The notes below the pieces were generated by a model. It was not told the origin of the DNA. It searched no databases and was given only the letters and a program-made list of their open reading frames with translations. Of a stretch of DNA of 64,000 bases, positions 50,501 to 62,075 are shown in pieces. The stretch is from Guillardia theta CCMP2712 (Eukaryota > Protista > Cryptophyta): positions 829,479-893,478 of the forward strand of contig NW_005434662.1 of the NCBI RefSeq assembly GCF_000315625.1, written 5' to 3'. The number at the start of each line of letters is the position of its first letter. The stretch's first letter is position 1. The position numbers were made by a program, and so were the translations under genes.

Positions 50501-52997
50501 TGCTTGTTGCTTGATTGCCTGACCCTTAGGCTGCTTGTCTGCGCGGCTTCGCGCTTGGGCTGGCGATGCCGCGTCTGGGTGCCAGCAGTGCTGGTTCTTT
50601 TCGGGCTTGTGTTTTGTGTGTTTGTGCAGCTTCTCGCTGTGGACTGTGTGCCTGCCGGTTCATCTTGTTCCTGCTTTGTTTTGCTTGAGGCACTTTTTAC
50701 CTTCTGCCAGTAAATCCTATGTCACTCGAAGGGTGTCCCCCATCGGCAGCTTGTTCCTGCTTTGTTTTGCTTGAGGCACTTTTTATCTTCTGCCAGTAAA
50801 TCCTATATCTATCGGACAAAAGAGACCTTTGGCGAAGACTCCTCGGGCGACTCGACAAAGTCCGAGGAGGAGCTGTCCTCTGGCTCGAGAAGTGCTTGCG
50901 CCCGCAAGGGCGTCATGCGCCTCGCACCAGACAAGAGCGCTTCCAGCGTCAGCTGCATAGTGAGGCGCTGATAGGTGGCGGCGCGTTTGCGAGCCAAGAC
51001 ACCATAGGATTTACTGGCAGAAGATAAAAAGTGCCTCAAGCAAAACAAAGCAGGAACAAGCTGAACCGGCAGGTACACAGTCCACAGCGAGAAGCTGCAC
51101 AATCACACACAAAACACAAGCCCGAAAAGAACCAGCACTGCTGGCACCCAGACGCGGCATCGCCAACCAGAGCGCGAAGCCGCGCAAAAAACCTCAGCAG
51201 CAGGTCCGTCATCAGGCACGAAGTGCCGACCAAACGCCGCATCCTCAAGAGGCATTGAGCGCTGAGCAATGATGTCCGCCAGATACCAGATGAAGCGGAG
51301 GGTGTCAGGATGCAGGGTACCGTCCGTCGAGATGGCAAGAGCATAGGATTTACTGGCAGAAGGTAAAAAGTGCCTCAAGCAAAACAAAGCAGGAACAAGA
51401 GGGATGAACGCTCGAGGAGGAGTAGTCATGGCATATGCAGCGCGATGTTTGCGAATCTTCTCAGACGCTGCAACATGGAGGGCGTCGAGGTTGACCTCCC
51501 CCCACTTGGTCAGGTCGGCAGAGCTACCAATGTAAGGGTGGACATAGGATTTACTGGCAGAAGGTAAAAAGTGCCTCAAGCAAAACAAAGCAGGAACAAG
51601 CTGAACCGGCAGGCACACAGTCCACAGCGAGAACCTGCACAAACACACACAAAACACAAGCCCGAAAAGACCAGCACTGCTGGCACCCAGACGCGGCATC
51701 GCCAGCCCAAGCGCGAAGCCGCGCAGACAAGCAGCCTAAGGGTCAGGAGGCACTTTTTACCTTCTGCCAGTAAATCCGACAAATAAAATCCCTCAGACGC
51801 GATACCCGGAGGCAGCCGACTGACCACTGTCAGTCGNNNNNNNNNNNNNNNNNNNNNNNNNNNNNNNNNNNNNNNNNNNNNNNNNNNNNNNNNNNNNNNN
51901 NNNNNNNNNNNNNNNNNNNNNNNNNNNNNNNNNNNNNNNNNNNNNNNNNNNNNNNNNNNNNNNNNNNNNNNNNNNNNNNNNNNNNNNNNNNNNNNNNNNN
52001 NNNNNNNNNNNNNNNNNNNNNNNNNNNNNNNNNNNNNNNNNNNNNNNNNNNNNNNNNNNNNNNNNNNNNNNNNNNNNNNNNNNNNNNNNNNNNNNNNNNN
52101 NNNNNNNNNNNNNNNNNNNNNNNNNNNNNNNNNNNNNNNNNNNNNNNNNNNNNNNNNNNNNNNNNNNNNNNNNNNNNNNNNNNNNNNNNNNNNNNNNNNN
52201 NNNNNNNNNNNNNNNNNNNNNNNNNNNNNNNNNNNNNNNNNNNNNNNNNNNNNNNNNNNNNNNNNNNNNNNNNNNNNNNNNNNNNNNNNNNNNNNNNNNN
52301 NNNNNNNNNNNNNNNNNNNNNNNNNNNNNNNNNNNNNNNNNNNNNNNNNNNNNNNNNNNNNNNNNNNNNNNNNNNNNNNNNNNNNNNNNNNNNNNNNNNN
52401 NNNNNNNNNNNNNNNNNNNNNNNNNNNNNNNNNNNNNNNNNNNNNNNNNNNNNNNNNNNNNNNNNNNNNNNNNNNNNNNNNNNNNNNNNNNNNNNNNNNN
52501 NNNNNNNNNNNNNNNNNNNNNNNNNNNNNNNNNNNNNNNNNNNNNNNNNNNNNNNNNNNNNNNNNNNNNNNNNNNNNNNNNNNNNNNNNNNNNNNNNNNN
52601 NNNNNNNNNNNNNNNNNNNNNNNNNNNNNTCTTCTCAGACGCTGCAACATGGAGGGCGTCGAGGTTGACCTCCCCCACTTGGTCAGGTCGGCAGAGCTAC
52701 CAATGTAAGGGTGGACCAACGTCACGTCATAGGGGGTCAGAGGATTTACTGGCAGAGGGTAAAAAGTGCCTCAAGCAAAACAAAGCAGGAACAGCTGCAT
52801 ATGCCATGACTCCTCCTCCTCGAGTGTTCATCCCTCTTGCGTGACATTCTTACCGTGCCCGAGTAAAACTCAGTTGCACAGCCGAAGGACGTACTCGCTC
52901 AAGTCGCAGGATAGGGTCTTGCAGTCTACCATCTTCGCTCATTTTTCTGAGCGAGGCTATAGGATTTACTGGCAGAAGATAAAAAGTGCCTCAAGCC
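47581..52997. mobile_element. scrambled cluster of 5'-truncated CRE-like retrotransposon copies in both orientations, with multiple 3'-terminus insertions
   Basis: Nearly all sequence matches 54970-57400 or the 3' UTR ending GAGGCACTTTTTACCTTCTGCCAGTAAATCCTAT; includes two N gaps. Confidence 0.9.
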
Positions 52998-55900
52998 TTT
53001 GGAAGTGCTTCCGCGGCTCATCTCACCCAGCAAGCGCTTGCAGTACTGCAGGTGGATTTGACTGACATCCTCGACACCACTAGCCTGATCCAGGCGATCA
53101 AGCACTTTTTACCTTCTGCCAGTAAATCCTATATTGCAAGCGCTACAGCTCCTTTGCGGGGACCGATGACCAAGGGTGGAGGATTCGGCAACACCTGTCA
53201 CCCCTTTCTAGTCATCCTGCAGCTTTGAAGCTCTACTGCCAACATATCCTCCAAGGGGTCCTTCTTGGCCGGATGCCGGATCTTCTTATTCCTGCCCTGT
53301 CAGCCATTCGTCGAGGAGGCAGATTTATTCCCCTCTCCAAGGGAGCTGATAAACCTGGTCTCCGGCCAATTGTCATCGGTTCTGCACACCGTCGACTCGC
53401 GACGAAGCTTGCTTTGGCAGGGATTCGCTCATTTCTTGACCAGCACTTCCTCTCGTCTCACCCTCGAGCGATTCAGTTCGGGCTCGATCGAGACGGCTGT
53501 CTGAAGTTCTCGCAAACCGCGTCAGCGCTCCTGCCCCTTCACGCTCGCGGTGATGATGAGGATGTTGCCAACCCCACAGTGCTGGTGAGTTTGGATGCAA
53601 AGAACGCCTTCAACTCCCTCGACCGCCAGGCTCTCTTCGATGCAATCGAGGGACGTGCGAGTCGCGACTACTTTGATGGGAGCATCACTGAAGGCGCAAG
53701 CTTGCCCTCTTGCGAGCATCTCCGTTTGTTCGCCTCCTACCTCTCCAGCTACTATGGAGACTCTGCTGACCTTCGACTCTTTCACAAAAGTCAGTCAGCC
53801 TCCGTTCAGTGTACCTCGGGCGTCTGTCAGGGCGATGTCCCCTCCAGCGTGTTTTTCTGCCACAGTATCCACCCCCTGCTCCTCCATATCGCAGAGCTTT
53901 TTCCCTCTGTTCGAGTCTTGGCCTATGCTGACAACGTCGTGCTTGTCGGTCCACTCGAGGATGCCGTTGCAGCTACGTCCGCTATGAAGAAGTACATGGT
54001 GGCTGATCTGAAGCTAGAGATTCAACCTCGCGAGTCGAAAGTTTACATCCCCTCCTGGCATCAACACCCTGATCTCTCGCAGCTGAAGAAGAGCCTTAAG
54101 CGCCGTCTCAAGACTCAACTTCTTCACTTCGAGGTCGTCACTGGCGGGATTACACTTGGCGGCCTGCCTATCGGCACGGATGGATTTCATGCTAGTCAGC
54201 TCCGAGCGAAGGTTTCTACCCTCAACGAAGAGCTCTCAAAGCTCGGGCTCGTCCAGCATGGCTTCATGTTCAAGACGCTGGTGAGGGCGAGCCATCTCCA
54301 GAAGCTGCGCTTCTTCCTCCAGGGGTCATCTCCGTTTCTCCCGCGGGTCCAATCACAGATTCGTCGCTTTGACCTCTCTGTCCACCTGGCGCTTGAGAAA
54401 TACCACCGCTGGCCTTCCTCGCAGTACCTCGCCGCGCATCCCGACCTGCTAGAGTTTGCGAGGTTCAAGCGGGAGCTTCCGCATAGTCGGGGAGGGGACG
54501 AGTTCACGCCCTCTGAGGGTCTACACCCCGCTGTTTACTATACGGCTATCGCTCGCTTCCTCGCTTGGTACTCTGACCAGCCCATGTCCCGGACCTTGCC
54601 CTCTCCTCATAGCCTGGACGTTCACTGCTCGAGATCTCTCCGTGCCCAGAAGCATCCTCTGGCGACCTTCTTCGTTGAGGCGCACGACTTCGTTCATAAT
54701 GCTGGAGCGATCCTCTACCGTCGTGTCAAGGCTCCTGCACCGGCTGCAGATGGCGCGGCGATCCCACCTGCCCCGGCTGCTGTGCCTGATGACGCAGGAC
54801 GCCCCCCGGCATCTGTGGTACACATCCCTGGTTTGCGCGCTCTCGTCGACTCGTCTCATGAGCACTTCATTCCTCCCCCTGCGCAGCGAAATGTGACCCC
54901 TCTTGTCATGCGCGTCTTCCCTCGCCATGTGCATGCTCGCGCTGCGCTGACCGATCAGCAGCGTGATATCCTCACCTTGCACAGCCGCAGGACACACTCG
55001 CTCAAGTCGCAGGATAGGGTCTTGCAGTCTACCATCTTCGCTCATTTTCCTGAGCGAGACCTGAGCCACTCTCCGATGCGAGTCTCGAGCTACTACCCCC
55101 TCAAGGCCTTCCCGCACCGCTATGCTCAGATGCTCGACTGCTATCTCCATGGCATGCCGATCTGCCAGTGTCCGACGGAATGTGATGGATGTCAGCGCGA
55201 GCTCGATCCCTCCGTTGCTGCACATCATCTCCAGACCTGCAAACGCCGATCCTCCAAGCTTCCCACGGCGCATGACAACCTTACTCGTACGATTCGGTCG
55301 ATGCTGAACGAAGCTGGTCTTCAGAGCGTCATCGATACAGTGGGGGATCCTCGTTCTCGACGGCAGGTACCCTCCCATCCTCATGGCCGCAAGATGAAGG
55401 GCGATATCCACATTCCTGGAATCCGCGATCGAGGGTCCGAGCAGTACGAGGGCTTGATGGCGGACGTGACGTTGGTCCACCCTTACACGGACGTTCACTG
55501 CTCGAGGTCTCTCCGTGCCCAGAAGCATCCTCTGGCGACCTTCTTCGTTGAGGCGCACGACTTCGTTCATAATGCTGGAGCGATCCTCTACCGTCGTGTC
55601 AAGGCTCCTGCACCGGCTGCAGATGGCGCGGCGATCCCACCTGCCCCGGCTGCTGTGCCTGATGACGCAGGACGCCCCCCGGCATCTGTGGTACACATCC
55701 CTGGTTTGCGCGCTCTCGTCGACTCGTCTCATGAGCACTTCATTCCTCCCCCTGCGCAGCGAAATGTGACCCCTCTTGTCATGCGCGTCTTCCCTCGCCA
55801 TGTGCATGCTCGCGCTGCGCTGACCGATCAGCAGCGTGATATCCTCACCTTGCACAGCCGCAGGACACACTCGCTCAAGTCGCAGGATAGGGTCTTGCAG

Positions 55901-57400
55901 TCTACCATCTTCGCTCATTTTCCTGAGCGAGACCTGAGCCACTCTCCGATGCGAGTCTCGAGCTACTACCCCCTCAAGGCCTTCCCGCACCGCTATGCTC
56001 AGATGCTCGACTGCTATCTCCATGGCATGCCGATCTGCCAGTGTCCGACGGAATGTGATGGATGTCAGCGCGAGCTCGATCCCTCCGTTGCTGCACATCA
56101 TCTCCAGACCTGCAAACGCCGATCCCGGAGTCCAAGCTTCCCACGGCGCATGACAACCTTACTCGTACGATTCGGTCGATGCTGAACGAAGCTGGTCTTC
56201 AGAGCGTCATCGATACAGTGGGGGATCCTCGTTCTCGACGGCAGGTACCCTCCCATCCTCATGGCCGCAAGATGAAGGGCGATATCCACATTCCTGGAAT
56301 CCGCGATCGAGGGTCCGAGCAGTACGAGGGCTTGATGGCGGACGTGACGTTGGTCCACCCTTACATTGGTAGCTCTGCCGACCTGACCAAGTGGGGGGAG
56401 GTCAACCTCGACGCCCTCCATGTTGCAGCGTCTGAGAAGATTCGCAAACATCGCGCTGCATATGCCATGACTACTCCTCCTCGAGCGTTCATCCCTCTTG
56501 CCATCTCGACGGACGGTACCCTGCATCCTGACACCCTCCGCTTCATCTGGTATCTTGCGGACATCATTGCTCAGCGCTCGATGCCTCTTGAGGATGCGGC
56601 GTTTGGTCGGCACTTCGTGCCTGATGACGGACCTGCTGCTGAGGTCTTGGCTCGCAAACGCGCCGCCACCTATCAGCGCCTCACTATGCAGCTGACGCTG
56701 GAAGCGCTCTTGTCTGGTGCGAGGCGCATGACGCCCTTGCGGGCGCAAGCACTTCTCGAGCCAGAGGACAGCTCCTCCTCAGACTTTGTCGAGTCGCCCG
56801 AGGGGGAGTCTTCGCCGGAGGTCTCCGACTCCGATGGGGGACACCCTTCGAGTGGCGCCGACGATCGGCGCGGAGCTGGCGAGGCGTCTCCGTCCCTCAC
56901 TGTGACGTCGGGTGCCTCCGGAGAGCTCGACACCACTGGGGTGCTTGCTGCTGGTCCGAGCTCGCCTGCTTCCTCCCCGGCATCGGTCGGGTCACGCCGG
57001 TCCTTGGGCATTGCCGCGGCGTCGCCGCCGTCACGGGCGGCTACCGCTGACTCGGCTACCGCTGACTCGGAGGCTAGCGAGGAGGACTACCTCGAGCGGT
57101 ACCGTGTTCATGTGTCCAGCCTCCCTCCGTCCGCTGCCCCAGGCGGACCCCCGGGCAGCGCCGGCTCCTTGTCGGCGGCTGCCCTTTCTCCGTCCGCGGC
57201 CGCCCGCTTTGTGGCGGCAGCGGACGTCTCGACTGACAGTGGTCAGTCGGCTGCCTCCGGGTATCGCGTCTGAGGGATTTTATTCCTCCTGCATGCTCCT
57301 GCTGCTTGTTGCTTGATTGCTTGACCCTTAGGCTGCTTGTCTGCGCGGCTTCGCGCTTGGGCTGGCGCTGCCGCGTCTGGGTGCCAGCAGTGCTGGCGTC
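52998..57400 (+). mobile_element. CRE-clade non-LTR retrotransposon (RT + CCHC + restriction-like endonuclease), 5'-truncated and disrupted
   Basis: RT: DDQGWRIRQHL, IPLSKG..GLRPIVIG..RRL, QFGL, SLDAKNAFNSLDR, GVCQGD, AYADN, GITLGGLPIG. RLE: CDGC..HHLQTC, AHDNL, KGDIHI, ADVTLVHP, EK..KH, FIPLAISTDG. Confidence 0.88.
53133..57273 (+). pseudogene. RT-RLE open reading frame of the CRE-like element (873-bp internal duplication, 5-bp frameshift near 56126)
   Basis: ORFs 53225..56185 and 56062..57273 join into a single RT-RLE protein once the duplication and the CGGAG insertion are removed. Confidence 0.85.
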
Positions 57401-57985
57401 TGGGTGCCAGCAGTGCTCGCTAGGAACACGGTACCGCTCGAGGTAGTCCTCCTCGCTAGCCGGGCAACGCCGGATTCTGACCTTGGTGCTGAGGAGGACC
57501 CTAAGTGCCGACCAAACGCCGCATCCTCGAGCCAGAGGACAGCTCGAGTCGCCCGCCGGCCCGAGGAGTGTTCGCCGGAAGTCTCCTACTCCGATGGGGG
57601 ACTTTGAAACATCCGGAGTGGAGCCGACGAGCTCACTGCAACGTCGGATGCCTCCGGAGGCACTTTTTACCTTGTAGCCGCGTAGACAAGCAGGCTGAGG
57701 GTCAAGCAACAATCAGCAGGAGGGGAGGGACTTCCGAGCTGAAACTCCCTTAGACGCGATACCCGGAAGCACTGATCCGACTGATTCCTGCTTTTTTTTT
57801 GCTTGAGGCACTTTTTGAACAAGCTAAACCTGCATGCACACATCGCACAGCGAGAAGCTGCACAAACCGTGGCACACACAAAACACAAGACCAAAAGTAA
57901 CCAGCACGTTTTGTGTGTTTGTGCAGCTGCATGCGGGTTTATCTAATCCGACTGAACATTGTCAGTCGCCGCCGCAAAGACAAGT
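57401..57985. mobile_element. older, diverged scrambled fragments of the same retroelement family
   Basis: Degenerate matches to the ORF tail and 3' UTR in both orientations. Confidence 0.75.
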
Positions 57986-58438
57986 CAGCCAGAGCTCTGC
58001 AGTCTCACCGACGAGGTGAGACGCAGTGACATGAGGACGGAAGCGCTCATGAATGTAGAGGAAGACTCGGAGGTTGGAAGACATAGGATTTACGGGCCAT
58101 AAGCCCTCCTGCCAATGGGAGGTGGCCTCTCGGGTCCATGGCAATCTGCTGCAACGTGGGGGTACCGGGCCTACCACCTCCACTGGTGGAATTCTGCAGG
58201 GCAACGGGTGAGTGGTCGACCCGAAGGACTACCCCTGTGATACCTTTACTTACCGGGAATAGGGGGGGTGGTATACAGTACCGGTGGCTGAAAAGATAGA
58301 CATGTAAATATTTCGCGGGACGTGATTGGTGTCCCCTACCCTACCGTGGTTTACAACTGAGGGGAATAAGGGGAAGGGGGGTAGTCAACCACCCCCGAGG
58401 GGAGAAAAGCGGAGTCGGCGGGCGAGTCCCCGTGAAAA

Positions 58439-58970
58439 ATGGAAATGCGAGGTGTGTGCCGACAGGGAATGGGAGAAGGTGTTCGATTGTTGGCTTTGCT
58501 CTTCTTTTCGACTTTTTTGAGCGTCAATGGCTCGTTCATTGATTGTCCCAGTTGTCCCAGCAACAGTTATGAAATTTTTGGTTGCAGTACTTCCTATGGA
58601 ACATGCTTGGACGTCAATACAGGGAACACAGCACCGGCATGCTGGTGTCGATGCATCACTGGGTATTATTATTACCAGTACACTGACAGCCTGGGAGTCG
58701 TTGTGGATGCCTGTTCGCCTTGCACAACGTGCTCTGCCAACCAGTATCAGTACAGCACATGCTCAGCCAATGGTCAAGATACTGTTTGTAAGACTTGCAG
58801 TGTCTGCCCGACGGGGAAGTATGCATCATCTGCGTGCACACGTACCACGGACACAGTCTGCACATAATGATTGTACCCGGTATGCCCATATTATGAATTC
58901 GATGGCGGAAAGGCAAGCGATTGCCTCCTTTGCCCAGTTGGATCGTACAGCAATTATCCGGAGACATAAC
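58439..58970 (+). pseudogene. secreted TNFR-like Cys-rich repeat protein, intronless, interrupted by stops
   Basis: Signal VRLLALLFFSTFLSVNG; CSPCTTCSANQYQYSTCSANGQDTVCKTCSVCPTGKYASSACTRTTDTVC. After TAA TGA the frame continues DCLLCPVGSYSN. Confidence 0.65.
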
Positions 58971-59259
58971 ATCGTAGGGACGTGGTTGTGCAGGTGGGGA
59001 AACTGTGGGGACGACGTCCATGACCTTCACAACCCTTGACTTTGGCAGGTTCCCCTTGTACTGCACGATCCTCTGCCTAGGATTTTCACAACGCGGTGTG
59101 GTCGATCCAGACTTTTTTTAATTTTGAGAAATCAGTGATATCGCTGATGATTTTCAACGAGCGCGTATACATGGTGTTCTGACGCGTCAAATCTGATAGG
59201 TTGAGCTGCCGTTCATTGAACTTTCAACTCCCCCGAGTCTGCCTGCCGGCTCATCACCC

Positions 59260-59910
59260 ACTCGGCCGCGCGATGTGGACGTGCAACACTCAGGGATCCT
59301 GCCCGAGCTTGACGATCCACATCGTGCGGCAGCTCCTCCCGGAGCCAATCCAGGTTCTTCAGCTCCACTGCAGGGTGATCATACCCCTCTGATTCTTGAA
59401 CATCTCGAGGAGGATGGAGTACCTCTTCTGCGGGGGCAAGCCCTCCACGCTCACCCCGCGGTGCATCACGATGTCGTAGGTCAGCACCCGCGGCTCGTGC
59501 CTGTTGATCGGCGCCCTGTCCTCGAGGAAGTGGGCGAGGACGAGCGTGCCCGGCGGCATCACGTTGCCCTGCATCGCCTCGTCCGAGGCATCAGGCGCCC
59601 CCTTATGCCGACAAAGGTCCGCCTCTCCCTGTCGACGTAGATGCTGATCCCCACGCGATCCTTCGGAAGCCACGTGGCGAGGGGGGTGCAGCAGGCCTCC
59701 GCCTGCGCCGGCGCTTCAGGCAGCGCTCGTTGGTGCAGTCGGGATGCGAGCCGCGGTAAAAGCAGTGGAGCTCCACCTCCGTCCTCCACCTTCGTCTGCC
59801 GTGTGACGCAAGGAGGGAGGCTCAGGAGCTCGAAGCTCTCGCACATGCAGAGGTGGACAAGGGCCTTGGCGCACAGCCTCTCGCTCCAGAGGTCTGCAAC
59901 CTCCATCCTG
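59260..59910 (-). pseudogene. frameshifted, divergent mRNA-capping-enzyme / ligase-like nucleotidyltransferase, possibly viral
   Basis: PPGTLVLAHF..RVLTYDIVMHRGVSVEGLPPQKRYSILLEMF and downstream LPHDVD resemble capping GTase motifs III/IIIa/IV. KxDG is not evident. Confidence 0.35.
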
Positions 59911-60031
59911 GCAAATTCGGTCGGATTTGGATTCGCCCGACAGGGACCTCCGGTGACATTTTCTGCAATGCATGATACATGACGCTGCGATGTTGACTGA
60001 AGCATGCATCCTCGCCATCACGGCAATCATT

Positions 60032-60257
60032 ATGTCCGCTTTTGCCTCCTACCTGAAGCAAAACCTTTTCCCGGACATATGCTTCCACGACGTGTTGAAG
60101 ATTCTGACCGGGAACCACTTTGTGCTGCTGAAGTACATCGACCCCTCTTTGTGCATCGTCTACGTGATGCTCTTCAAGTTCGCCTTCGCCTACCTGTGCT
60201 TCCGGCTTAAGCATCTCAAGAACAACATATGGGGCAGTTTCAACACAGGACCAATGA
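60032..60257 (+). pseudogene. intronless small hydrophobic ORF truncated by a retroelement 3'-end insertion
   Basis: Strongly C/G-ending codons; reads directly into the inverted element terminus at 60258. Confidence 0.35.
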
Positions 60258-60329
60258 GTTTACTCGCAGGAGGTAAAAAGTGCCTCAAGCAGAAGAAAGC
60301 AGGAACAAGCTAAACCTGCATGCACACAG
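60258..60329 (-). mobile_element. isolated diverged 3'-terminal fragment of the CRE-like element
   Basis: TTTACTCGCAGGAGGTAAAAAGTGCCTCAAGCAGAAGAAAGCAGGAACAAGCT is the reverse complement of the element terminus. Confidence 0.85.
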
Positions 60330-60596
60330 GAAGTTAGCCTAGATAAAGGGCCTGACATGCGCCCGCAATTGGTCTCCGGTGGCTTCCCGGGTGTGACCAA
60401 CCTGACCTCGCTTCTCAATGACAAGGGGAGCGCGGCTATTGTTCGGTTTGTTATGACTGTGAAATCAATAGTTGGCTTGCGATCTACGAGCGGGTGACAG
60501 ATGCTTATGGAGCCTTCAGTGTCTCTGCAAGTATGGCCTGCGCCTGGTCGGACAGTGGCAACAAGCCCTGGGTCAAAAGACTTCAATGTGTATAGC

Positions 60597-60968
60597 AGCG
60601 AGATTGACTACTTCATAGACTACATCAAAGCGAGATTGACTACTTCATAGACTACATCAAAGCGAGATTGACTACTTCATAGACTACATCAAAGCGAGAT
60701 TGACTACTTCATAGACTACATCAAAGCGAGATTGACTACATCATAGACTACATCAAAGCGAGATTGACTACTTCATAGACTACATCAAAGCGAGATTGAC
60801 TACTTCATAGACTACATCAAAGCGAGATTGACTACTTCATAGACTACATCAAAGCGAGATTGACTACTTCATAGACTACATCAAAGCGAGATTGACTACT
60901 TCATAGACTACATCAAAGCGAGATTGACTACTTCATAGACTACATCAAAGCGAGATTGACTACATCAA
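60597..60968. repeat. 32-bp near-perfect tandem repeat, about 11.5 copies (AGCGAGATTGACTACTTCATAGACTACATCAA)
   Basis: Period 32, with one variant near 60740. Confidence 0.95.
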
Positions 60969-61882
60969 CCGACTGGATGTCGGAGTTTGCCATCGACAAA
61001 GAGAAAACAACGATGGACGTAGCCAAAGCCAAGGAATGGTTCAGGGAGGACAATTACCGTCGATTGAAGAGAATGGTGCATTCATATTACATTCATACCT
61101 CAAGCTCCTTCTGGGATGATGCAGAGATATGCACTTTCAGGGGACTATGCATATTATCCACCACATTGCGATTCGCCATAGCGGGTAACTTTGTCATGCA
61201 CCCGGGTCAGGTGGATCCCATAGAAATGCACTTCCCTGACTACAAACGACCAACAAAGAGCAACATTTGTACATATACAAGCTGAAGAAGACATCAATAG
61301 CGATCTACATTCAAGAATGTCTTACTGTCTTACTGGAGAACGGAATGCGAAGTCCTCATCTTACCATCTTGTTTTAATTACACATCCTCACTGGAAAAGT
61401 ACATCGGCATGAATCGAAGCGAGCTGCTCTCAAGGTGGTCACCGCCCCTCCCTTGCGACCGTTCTGCCAAGCCGCGCATGTCGTACACCATAACAGAGAG
61501 GAAAGCCCGTCATTCAACCGACCAGTATGAGAAGGCTTGAAGTTTTTGACGCAACAACAGGGTTTTCATTGTACATACGAGGATTGAAAAAGCAAGAGAC
61601 GCGGAAGCTCTCAAGGGCAGGCTCTCCACACCAAACGCCAGATCCCCCCCCCATCCCTGCCTCCATATTCGACGAGGTAGACCTGCTCAAGGAGCTCAAG
61701 GCGGCCGCCCTCCTCTACGACTACGCCGCCGAGTACCTCACCGACGACGACGACGACAAGGCGGGGGCGGCGGAGAGATACCTGAACATAGTCAAGTCGC
61801 TGGCAAAGAGGCCAGAGGCGTACCCTTGTTCGATTTCCCAGTAAATTCTCGCTGTCGCGCATAAATCTTGCAATGGCATGAT

Positions 61883-62075
61883 AGCCGGCGCTGCCCGGGG
61901 GTCCGCCTGGGGCAGCGGACACATGGAGGCTGGGCGCATGCTGACGGTACCGCTCCAAGTGATGCAAACAGTCCTCCTCACTGTCCTCAGCTGGCGCAGC
62001 GGCAGCCGAGACCGAGACCGCCAGTGACAGCAACGATGCCGCAGCTGTGTAAGTAACCAGCACTGCTGGCAACCA
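61883..62075 (-). mobile_element. diverged fragment of the CRE-like element tail / 3' UTR
   Basis: SEEDCL..LERYR..SAAPGGPPGSAG and ACCAGCACTGCTGGCAACC match the element. Confidence 0.7.

Noticed and set aside
51793-52725. Long ORFs containing X runs (also 48917-49553)
   Set aside because: Artefacts of assembly N gaps.
47581-53132. The 34-bp recurring module as a CRISPR repeat or spliced-leader/snRNA target gene
   Set aside because: It is contiguous with the element 3' UTR, varies in 5' length, occurs in both orientations at irregular spacing, and matches no structural RNA I recognise.
54521-56101. 526-aa minus-strand ORF
   Set aside because: Antisense shadow of the RT ORF, lengthened by the duplication; no motifs.
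58247-58300. TACTTACC resembling the U1 snRNA 5' end
   Set aside because: Downstream sequence lacks U1 stem-loops and the Sm site.
60260-60586. HNH-endonuclease-like reading of the minus-strand ORF
   Set aside because: The required His/Asn residues are absent; the ORF end runs into a retroelement fragment.
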